From: a virus
Taxonomy: Duplodnaviria > Caudoviricetes
Direction: 5' to 3' (one strand)
Length of the DNA stretch: 26,046 nucleotides
Virus record (IMG/VR): IMGVR_UViG_3300005326_000116
Span: 1 to 26,046 of that record
Below the pieces are notes generated by a model. The model searched no databases. It saw only the letters and a list, made by a program, of their open reading frames with translations, and was not told the origin of the DNA. Below, piece by piece: positions 1-6,105 of the stretch. Position numbers and translations under genes: made by a program. Within the stretch, counting starts at the first letter, position 1. Each line of letters begins with the position of its first letter.

Positions 1-144
1 CCCTCCAACAGCATCGCCAACAGCACCGCCAACAGCCCCGCCAACAGCCTCGCCAACAGCACCGCCAACAGCACCGCCAACAGCACCGCCAACAGCATCG
101 CCAACAGCACCGCCAACAGCACCGCCAACAGCATCGCCAACAGC
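1..144. repeat. 12-bp coding tandem repeat, at least 12 copies (consensus ACCGCCAACAGC; encodes A-V-G-[G/D/E] on the minus strand)
   Basis: Twelve consecutive 12-nt units counted directly. Variation falls almost entirely in one codon. Confidence 0.97.
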
Positions 145-390
145 ATCGCGTTTTTTATTCCATATTGCCTCCGCTATTGCGGAAGCTAAAGCACCCACTA
201 AAGGAGATTTAACACGGACAACATTCTTTGGGTATACCAGACCTGCTTTTTCATAACAGACCGGGAAGTATTTATCAAAGGTTTCAAAATCCGTTTCTCC
301 TGTTTTTAATCCAATATCAATCCATTTTTTAGTGTAATCAGCCATTGCGGCTTTTTGTTTATTGGTCAGTTTTGAAATATATTTAGTCAT
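1..390 (-). CDS. DUF6745-like phage protein (partial, runs off the left edge)
   Basis: Not in the ORF track. Manual translation from ATG 390: MTKYISKLTNKQKAAMADYTKKWIDIGLKTGETDFETFDKYFPVCYEKAGLVYPKNVVRVKSPLVGALASAIAEAIWNKKRDAVGDAVGGAVG... The W..IGL.TG / Y..AGL..P...V.SP pattern followed by a tetrapeptide repeat resembles DUF6745 proteins, and the upstream partner gene fits. Confidence 0.75.
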   Translation of the reverse strand, partial: MTKYISKLTNKQKAAMADYTKKWIDIGLKTGETDFETFDKYFPVCYEKAGLVYPKNVVRVKSPLVGALASAIAEAIWNKKRDAVGDAVGGAVGGAVGDAVGGAVGGAVGGAVGEAVGGAVGGAVGDAVGG

Positions 391-414
391 GTCTTCAAAA
401 ATATAGAATTAAAA

Positions 415-729
415 TTAGTCGATCACGGGAACTAAGCCTGACGGCGTATGTTCCGTTTGCTTCCTAAGCTGGTAGACTCCGTTAGGAAGCGACGCTTTGC
501 CATCCTTTCCGTGTTCCGCGTGAAATAGGGTAGTATTCTTGGCCTCAAAGTAGCCGATTACATGATCACTCTCTTTTTTGAAGTATAGTTTTCCGTTATC
601 GAAGGTGTGTGAATTGCCATGTGAACCTGTGACAATTACTTTGGTGTCTTCCTGTTTCAGCCCTTTGGGGAGTTCGGGGATTGAAACAAAGGCGATTTCG
701 CCGTGGCGTAGAGCTTTTACTTTTGTCAT
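415..729 (-). CDS. Conserved small phage protein (RHGE / GxxH / HxEH / LPxGxY / RxQxE type), usual partner of DUF6745
   Basis: Motifs LRHGEI, GSHGNSH, HAEH, LPNGVYQLRKQTEHTP...VID. AT-rich leader. Confidence 0.8.
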   Translation of the reverse strand: MTKVKALRHGEIAFVSIPELPKGLKQEDTKVIVTGSHGNSHTFDNGKLYFKKESDHVIGYFEAKNTTLFHAEHGKDGKASLPNGVYQLRKQTEHTPSGLVPVID

Positions 730-742
730 ATAAAATATATTG

Positions 743-1060
743 TTAACTAATTAGTTCTAAGTATTTCCTGAGTTCAGGATCATTGGCCAGCTTCTCTTCG
801 GTGGTCGGGTATCTGCCTTGTAACATCGGGATTATTGCCTTGCCAGCTTTGGCGGCGAGCCTCTTTTCTTTGGCCCGATCCGCCGGAGTGATAAATCTGT
901 CCGTGTGTTTGCATCTATGATGACCGAGCCAGCCTTTACAGGTACAGCCGGACACTTTGCCGTTCAGAAATGTAAGCTGGTAGGTTTTATCGGAGGATTC
1001 GGAGGGAACTTCAACGGTCTTTTTACTGAATACCTCATTAAAGGCTTCTATGCTTTTTTT
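743..1060 (-). CDS. SWIM-type zinc-finger protein or domain (start uncertain)
   Basis: CTCKGWLGHHRCKH matches CxC-x(n)-CxH. The frame stays open 35 codons upstream of the GTG at 955 and contains the typical V.S.S...Y.L pre-SWIM strands, but has no ATG. Confidence 0.7.
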   Translation of the reverse strand, partial: KKSIEAFNEVFSKKTVEVPSESSDKTYQLTFLNGKVSGCTCKGWLGHHRCKHTDRFITPADRAKEKRLAAKAGKAIIPMLQGRYPTTEEKLANDPELRKYLELIS

Positions 1061-1410
1061 TTATCGTCAGCAAATGGTTTTACCTCTTTGACTGAAACGA
1101 CATTACAGTATTCATTGTTATTCTTGGCGGTCGTGATCTTGGTTTCGATCTCTACCATCTTGCTGAGCAGTAATTGCTCATCAATCGACCCCCTAGTCTG
1201 CGGTTTGGCCCCTGTAATTTCGATCAGGTCATCAAAAGAATCGAATCCGGGGGTAAAGAAATGAACAAACTTGATGCCGGACTCAAGATCAATTTCGACA
1301 ATCAGTTTATTGGCCCCTGATGGGTTGTTCCATTCCGATACCTTGCTGATAATGCCCTGATGTTTGCCGTCTTCGATCATGTTGACGGCGTTGTTGCGTT
1401 CGTAATCCAT
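1048..1410 (-). CDS. DUF669-like / phage SSB-like OB-fold protein
   Basis: Pattern DGKHQGIISKV...LIVEIDL...LLSKMVEIET...YCNV. Lies directly downstream of the SSAP and exonuclease genes. Confidence 0.55.
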   Translation of the reverse strand: MDYERNNAVNMIEDGKHQGIISKVSEWNNPSGANKLIVEIDLESGIKFVHFFTPGFDSFDDLIEITGAKPQTRGSIDEQLLLSKMVEIETKITTAKNNNEYCNVVSVKEVKPFADDKKKA

Positions 1411-1419
1411 ATAAATATG

Positions 1420-2019
1420 TTAGTTAAATAATTTCTTGATAATCGCTTCTTTGGCTTTCAATAACTTCTTCCCTTCCTCAATTCCGATCTTTAGCTTCTC
1501 CTGCATTTCAGGGTCTTTCTCAATCCTTGTAATGTTCATTGACTTGGTGAAGTTTGGGCAATAATCCACAAAGTCCACCCATCCCCTACCTGTAACCAGC
1601 AATTGCATTTGTAGCTGCCATTTGTACTTACTGTCTATATCGTTTTCAATGAGTGCCCTTAGATAGACCGAATCCTTTTTGCACTTGATTTCAACTAGTC
1701 CATCTGTTCCTATCAGACCATCAGGACTGGCCCCGGTGTATTCATCCAGTTCAACAAAGCCGACTTGCTCGATTTTAACACCCCTTTCAAGCTCGTAAAT
1801 CTGGCGGGCCGCTTCTTCTAGTTCATGTCCCCGCTCCATATCTTCATTGGTATAACTGACAGGTATGGCACTTGAATATTTTTCGGCCAGTATGTCATAG
1901 ACAAGGGTTTCAAGCCCCTTGCCCGCTGTGGCAATAGCTTGGGCATTACTTGCCGTCAGCTTTCCCTTTCTTATGCTGAACCACTCCGGCGATCCCTGAA
2001 TCATTTGGTGTACCTTCAT
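1420..2019 (-). CDS. YqaJ / lambda-exonuclease family recombination nuclease
   Basis: QGSPEWFSIRKGKLTAS, RGHELE, GASPDGL, VEIKC, YKWQLQMQL motifs. Confidence 0.93.
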   Translation of the reverse strand: MKVHQMIQGSPEWFSIRKGKLTASNAQAIATAGKGLETLVYDILAEKYSSAIPVSYTNEDMERGHELEEAARQIYELERGVKIEQVGFVELDEYTGASPDGLIGTDGLVEIKCKKDSVYLRALIENDIDSKYKWQLQMQLLVTGRGWVDFVDYCPNFTKSMNITRIEKDPEMQEKLKIGIEEGKKLLKAKEAIIKKLFN

Positions 2020-2692
2020 CTTGTTTAGTATTAGCTTCTAAAATATTTTTTCTTTTCATTATAGCCTGATCGAACCTGGCCCCCTTCCCTTTATTGGTTT
2101 CATAGTATGCTTTCAACGCTTCCATATCTTCAATGGCCTCTATTTCAGCCTCATAAGGTTCAACTGGAATGACCTCTTCAAAGTCCTCTAAATCCTGAGT
2201 AACAAAATCCGAAGCGGCGGTGGCGGTAATAACAGCATCAACGAAGGCACGCTTTTTAGCCATCTTGAGTACTGTATTAAACAGGTCTTCAAGGTTCGGA
2301 TTTTCAACCCTTGATTCCTCCTGCTTCTTTGTTTCCGGATTGAACTTCTTTACATTCCTCCATCGGTATTTGGATTCCATAGAGGAACATGAACCCACAC
2401 CGGAGGCAAGGGCCATGTTATCCGAGTTGCGGAACATCTTACAGGTGACTTCATACTCACGGTGACCATTAGGAAGGTCAGTCTTGACTATGATCATTTC
2501 TGGATGAATCCCGAATGTAAGGGCTATCACCTCAGCCCCGGACTTAAACAGGGTCTTTTTCTTGGTTCCGGGAATTACCCCGTAATGTTCACCGTCTTTT
2601 AAAACAAACTTCATCAGTTCGCCCACCCTTTGCTTCTGGTGGATCATTTCCTGAACGGTCATTCCGTTGTTTTGAACTACTAGGTCATCCAT
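1946..2692 (-). CDS. Putative single-strand annealing protein (RecT/Red-beta-like)
   Basis: HYGVIPGTKKKTLFKSGAE, GVGSCSS.E, NTVLKMAKKRAFVDAV, TQDLED motifs. Adjacent to the YqaJ gene. Confidence 0.7.
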   Translation of the reverse strand: MDDLVVQNNGMTVQEMIHQKQRVGELMKFVLKDGEHYGVIPGTKKKTLFKSGAEVIALTFGIHPEMIIVKTDLPNGHREYEVTCKMFRNSDNMALASGVGSCSSMESKYRWRNVKKFNPETKKQEESRVENPNLEDLFNTVLKMAKKRAFVDAVITATAASDFVTQDLEDFEEVIPVEPYEAEIEAIEDMEALKAYYETNKGKGARFDQAIMKRKNILEANTKQDEGTPNDSGIAGVVQHKKGKADGK

Positions 2693-2702
2693 ATTATGGT
2701 TG

Positions 2703-2846
2703 TTAAGTTTCTTTTCGATCTCTGTCTCTGTTTAACAGGTATTTACTGATCCCGGACTTCTCAAAGCAGGATTCACACAGTCTGGTCCACCTGTTCTTTA
2801 TCTTAATGAAGTAGAGGGCTAATTTACCGCAATTACATTTACTCAT
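2703..2846 (-). CDS. Small Cys-rich protein, 47 aa (CxC...CxxC)
   Basis: Manual translation MSKCNCGKLALYFIKIKNRWTRLCESCFEKSGISKYLLNRDRDRKET. Fills the gap in the operon. Alternative in-frame ATG at 2855. Confidence 0.65.
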   Translation of the reverse strand: MSKCNCGKLALYFIKIKNRWTRLCESCFEKSGISKYLLNRDRDRKET

Positions 2847-2869
2847 GGTAATCATCTGGGAGGGGTTTA

Positions 2870-2944
2870 ATCCTTATGCCGTCTGTTATTCGAGGTCGTG
2901 GCTAGCTTTGCCGTGGACTCTTGATTAACAGGCGGCGCAGGGAT
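2870..2944. other. Long imperfect intergenic hairpin
   Basis: ATCCTTATGCCGTCTGTTA (2870-2888) pairs with TAACAGGCGGCGCAGGGAT (2926-2944), with further inner pairing. Confidence 0.7.
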
Positions 2945-3105
2945 CAATTATTGCATGCGATCAGATCATCATGGTAGTTATCCCACTTCTCTTTCTCGGC
3001 TTCATCGGCGGTCATACAATCATCACAGACGGGCTTTTTGCCCGTTCCGGCGATCATGTCCATTTCTTCTTCACAGACTGAGCAGGTGGTGATGTAAGTG
3101 TCCAT
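2944..3105 (-). CDS. Small acidic zinc-finger protein, 53 aa (CxxC...CxxC)
   Basis: MDTYITTCSVCEEEMDMIAGTGKKPVCDDCMTADEAEKEKWDNYHDDLIACNN. TAATG overlap with the upstream gene. Confidence 0.75.
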   Translation of the reverse strand: MDTYITTCSVCEEEMDMIAGTGKKPVCDDCMTADEAEKEKWDNYHDDLIACNN

Positions 3106-3290
3106 TATCTTTTAGTTAAGGGGTCAAGTACATGTTCAAATGTCATTCCCAAGTCTTCCAACGCCTTAATATCACCATCTGTAATAGTGGATGTTCCCAT
3201 AAGATACTGGATAGCTTCTTTTTCCTTAGAATCTACCATGTACATTTTAGGCAAGCCATAGACCATGCGGGTGAAATATTGAATCTTCAT
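3105..3290 (-). CDS. Conserved hypothetical phage early protein (VYG...L.G..T.T...I..L..LG type)
   Basis: ORF track, TAACAACC leader, translational coupling to the next gene. Confidence 0.8.
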   Translation of the reverse strand: MKIQYFTRMVYGLPKMYMVDSKEKEAIQYLMGTSTITDGDIKALEDLGMTFEHVLDPLTKR

Positions 3291-3352
3291 ATATAAGGTT
3301 GTTAATTAGTGTCCTTAGCACTCAATGGCGACAGAAAAGGTTTAAATAAATT

Positions 3353-3386
3353 TGGAAAGCTTGAAGCCTTTCGAGTTCAAGCCTTC
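3353..3386 (-). terminator. Hairpin after the 96-aa gene (possible terminator or processing stem)
   Basis: On the minus strand GGAAGGCTTGAA-N10-TTCAAGCTTTCC, followed by an AT-rich but not clean U tract. Confidence 0.5.
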
Positions 3387-3394
3387 CCGAAAGG

Positions 3395-3685
3395 CTAATC
3401 ACAATCAATCATTTCCTCAATTTTTTCTGAAATAAAGGATTTCGCGGCCACCGTCGAAGCGGCTACATCGTAACTATCAAGCAGTGCTCTTAGTGTCTGT
3501 GGCAGAGCCTGAGTCCAGTATTCCTCAGTATGACCTAAAGGCTGATGCTCTGTTCGCCATTCTATGATGGCATTTATTGCATCATGCGCCTTGTCCTCCA
3601 AATTATATAGTTCAGAGGTATTTGAACCATCTGGAAGTTCTATGTGATCTCCGATATGTTCAGGCTTTGCAATATATTTTTTCAT
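3395..3685 (-). CDS. Acidic hypothetical protein, first gene of the early operon
   Basis: 96 aa with 19 D/E versus 8 K/R. TAACAACC leader. First ORF after a consensus promoter. Confidence 0.8.
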   Translation of the reverse strand: MKKYIAKPEHIGDHIELPDGSNTSELYNLEDKAHDAINAIIEWRTEHQPLGHTEEYWTQALPQTLRALLDSYDVAASTVAAKSFISEKIEEMIDCD

Positions 3686-3799
3686 ATAGTTGGTTGTTAG
3701 TTCTGTCGCCTGTGAGTGTTAAGGAACTTTGTCCGGTGAGTATCAATGCCTTTATAGTGCCGTAGTCAGCAAAGGTGATAATTCTTTTGGACTGACTCC

Positions 3800-3827
3800 A
3801 TTATATCAAATCATAGTAGAATGTCAA
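3800..3827 (-). promoter_or_regulatory. Consensus sigma70 promoter for the early operon
   Basis: Minus strand TTGACA-N16-TATAAT with extended -10 (TGA-TATAAT). Confidence 0.85.
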
Positions 3828-3858
3828 TAGAAAGTGTTTATATTATAAGTTGACAGGA

Positions 3859-4032
3859 TTAGAATTTAGATTTTAATGCTATTAAAGTTTCATTATCATA
3901 TTCCCATTTCTTAGTTTGACATCGCATACAAAAGCACAGCTCTATCCCGAATTTATGCGGTTCATGTCCAAGATTTACGATACCTTGTTTTTCATATTGA
4001 TGTCCCTTCAGAAAGCATATTATTTTTTTCAT
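3859..4032 (-). CDS. Small DUF1660-like zinc-binding phage protein, 57 aa
   Basis: MKKIICFLKGHQYEK...LCFCMRCQTKKW...: CxxxGH...CxRC pattern. ATGA overlap with the upstream gene. Absent from the ORF track. Confidence 0.75.
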   Translation of the reverse strand: MKKIICFLKGHQYEKQGIVNLGHEPHKFGIELCFCMRCQTKKWEYDNETLIALKSKF

Positions 4033-4706
4033 TTAAATAAGGTTAATTGTTGATTTTCTTTCTTTTTATCAGATCGGTTATACCATACCTCCCATATAGC
4101 GTAGGAATCTTCCTGTGATAATTTGGTAAGGGTTGATATTTTTTTCCCGGACTTTAGCCCATACGCTTGACAGGGAACATTCAGTTTTTCCATATCTTCT
4201 CTTGCTCCGACTAAGGCATTTGCGTGCCAGACTATTGCATTAAAATTCCTGATCAGCAGATTCAGGATTGTCATATAAACGCATTTCAGATCACAATCAA
4301 CCTGCTGAAACCAGCATTGAGGCCATTGGGCATGTTTATGAAACAGATTATAAGCTGAAACGGCGAATATCCCAGAGCCACAGGCTGGATCGAGTATGTG
4401 GATTGGTCGGTCTTTCTCTTTTTCAAATGTTTTTCCAATAGTACTTCTATTCATGTAATTACAAATACTCATAGACGTTGTTTCCTGACCCAGACCACTA
4501 TTCATTTTTCCTATACGATTCCACAGACTGCACATCAAATCTTCTTCGGGAATGAAGAGATGGGCCTCAAGAAACTTATTCAGCCAAATCAGATTTTCAT
4601 GCTTTAAAGGAATTTGATCTGAAGCAAAAAAATTAACGCTGGCTTCCAGGACTTCGTAAAATTCAGAATCACTCGTGATACTTTCAATAAGCTGTTGCTG
4701 GCTCAT
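4029..4706 (-). CDS. Truncated N6-methyltransferase-like SAM-binding protein
   Basis: ILDPACGSGIF (motif I), a degenerate GQxxT motif X, and VDCDLKCVYMTILNL. No NPPY/F. The likely start is ATG 4706, just after the upstream stop, rather than 4766. Confidence 0.75.
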   Translation of the reverse strand: MSQQQLIESITSDSEFYEVLEASVNFFASDQIPLKHENLIWLNKFLEAHLFIPEEDLMCSLWNRIGKMNSGLGQETTSMSICNYMNRSTIGKTFEKEKDRPIHILDPACGSGIFAVSAYNLFHKHAQWPQCWFQQVDCDLKCVYMTILNLLIRNFNAIVWHANALVGAREDMEKLNVPCQAYGLKSGKKISTLTKLSQEDSYAIWEVWYNRSDKKKENQQLTLFK

Positions 4707-4714
4707 TCTGATAT

Positions 4715-5587
4715 TCAGGCAATCAATAAGCCTTTGTCCCTCATTTTGAGTACCATTCTGTACCATCGCATGTAAGAATCTTTAAATTTATATAAATCTT
4801 CCATTTCATTTTTGACCTTACTGGCGAGTATTGAATAAGGTCTTAATTCTTTGTGTTTCAAAATTATCTGTTCAGCTTCTTTCTTGAATATTGTCTTATG
4901 ACCATTGAAAGTTCTCTTATCTCCTTTCTTATTCATTTCAGTGACAATGTGACTCAGATTATTCTTTTTAATATTCCATCGGAAAGCCACATCGATTAAC
5001 CTTTCTGATTGTAATTCCTGCATGATCTGTTTTTTTTCTTTCAGAGTGAAACTATTTAACTTTCTCTTATATTCAATCTCATAAAACATTCTGAGAATTT
5101 TGGAGATTTCTCTATATCGCCATTTAATTGTATTTTTATTTATCCATGTCAGGTCAGGGAGTTCTTCTCTGGTCGCCCCTAAGATAATGAATCGGATAAT
5201 TTCGGCACAATCTTTTTTGAATGAATCCCTTTTATGCAAACGGTTTATTTCGATTTCGATTCTCCTAAGTGTGCAGTTAAAATCGATATTCCTCATAGGA
5301 AAATTCACATAACCCTGCAATGTTTCGTAATCCCTATAATGGTATTTTCTTCTTGTATCATCGTGTCGGAGGATTTCATTTTTTTTATTTTTCAATGCCT
5401 TTACCAGATAATTACCTTTAACTTGTTCATCAAGATCGGGATAGTAGGAAAATATTTTAAGTGCCACCATACAAAATTCCGAATAAATATCCTCATTTGT
5501 CACCGCCAGATCATAATTACAGCTTATTGAATAAGCATATTTTCTGATAAGTTTATCGTATTTCTGGAGGAATTGTTCTGCATTCAT
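4715..5587 (-). CDS. Sigma-factor-like / multi-HTH DNA-binding protein
   Basis: The N-terminus resembles sigma region 2 (YDKLIRKYAY...EDIYSE...YLVKALKNKKNEILR). It is followed by a region-4-like HTH (GATREEL...INKNTIKWRYREI) and a further HTH (FTLKEKKQI...VAFRWNIKKNNLSHIV). Confidence 0.6.
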   Translation of the reverse strand: MNAEQFLQKYDKLIRKYAYSISCNYDLAVTNEDIYSEFCMVALKIFSYYPDLDEQVKGNYLVKALKNKKNEILRHDDTRRKYHYRDYETLQGYVNFPMRNIDFNCTLRRIEIEINRLHKRDSFKKDCAEIIRFIILGATREELPDLTWINKNTIKWRYREISKILRMFYEIEYKRKLNSFTLKEKKQIMQELQSERLIDVAFRWNIKKNNLSHIVTEMNKKGDKRTFNGHKTIFKKEAEQIILKHKELRPYSILASKVKNEMEDLYKFKDSYMRWYRMVLKMRDKGLLIA

Positions 5588-5589
5588 AA

Positions 5590-5898
5590 TCAGAATCGTA
5601 AATCCATAACGACCTGTTCCTTACTTACCTTATCCACGACCATAATTGAATCAGTAATGGCTGATCTGGCTATCTTCAATTCCGATTTTTTGTCGACAAT
5701 CTTCTTCCATATAGCCCCAAGTGCCGGAGTGTCTTTAATTAGTGATTCCTTTCTTGCTCTCATTACTTCTGAGGCGGTTTTCACCTCTTCTGAGAATCCA
5801 GCAAATTCAGGGTCTTCCATCAGTGCCGATCTTAATTCCTTACCGAGTGACTTCTTCTCGGCTTTGAGCTGGGAGTACTTAATGAGTAGTTCGTTCAT
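5590..5898 (-). CDS. Hypothetical coiled-coil protein
   Basis: ORF track, operon packing, helical K/E-rich sequence. Confidence 0.8.
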   Translation of the reverse strand: MNELLIKYSQLKAEKKSLGKELRSALMEDPEFAGFSEEVKTASEVMRARKESLIKDTPALGAIWKKIVDKKSELKIARSAITDSIMVVDKVSKEQVVMDLRF

Positions 5899-5909
5899 AT
5901 AAATGGGGG

Positions 5910-6083
5910 TTAATTGATTATTCCTTCCCCCTCACCGGAGGGGGTTAAGTCATCTGGCAAGTCAATCACGAACCACTCATCTATTTTCACGAACATCCGG
6001 CCTTCGGAGGTCAGGATGACAAGGGAGTGGTCAGGCAGGTACTGAAACTGGATTACTTTTTCCTTATCTTTTGAATCAGTCAT
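5910..6083 (-). CDS. Small hypothetical protein, 57 aa
   Basis: MTDSKDKEKVIQFQYLPDHSLVILTSEGRMFVKIDEWFVIDLPDDLTPSGEGEGIIN. AC-rich leader, fills the operon gap. Confidence 0.7.
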   Translation of the reverse strand: MTDSKDKEKVIQFQYLPDHSLVILTSEGRMFVKIDEWFVIDLPDDLTPSGEGEGIIN

Positions 6084-6105
6084 AATGTTATTGGGGTTAA
6101 ATGGG

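Larger units (their letters stand above)
3312..3725. repeat. 25-bp imperfect inverted repeat pair enclosing one gene
   Basis: 3312-3336 TCCTTAGCACTCAATGGCGACAGAA versus 3701-3725 TTCTGTCGCCTGTGAGTGTTAAGGA: 22 of 25 complementary. Confidence 0.9.

Noticed and set aside
1-150. Tandem repeat as a CRISPR array
   Set aside because: Units are 12 bp, contiguous, lack spacers and are in frame within a CDS.
3312-3725. IS or MITE interpretation of the inverted repeats
   Set aside because: No target-site duplication, and no transposase in the element or window. Kept only as a structural finding.
3850-3877. Plus-strand promoter TTGACA-N16-TTTAAT back-to-back with the early promoter
   Set aside because: The -10 lacks the critical A at position -11 and no plus-strand gene follows.
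4707-4766. N-terminal extension of the MTase-like ORF given in the track
   Set aside because: It overlaps the upstream gene by 52 nt. ATG 4706 fits operon spacing better.
5590-5620. QVVMDL at the C-terminus of the 102-aa protein as a second clamp-binding motif
   Set aside because: Too weak a match to QLxLF to support.
905-5902. Plus-strand ORFs at 905, 2220, 3577, 4398, 5100, 5234 and 5573
   Set aside because: Antisense shadows of well-supported minus-strand genes, with no recognisable motifs.
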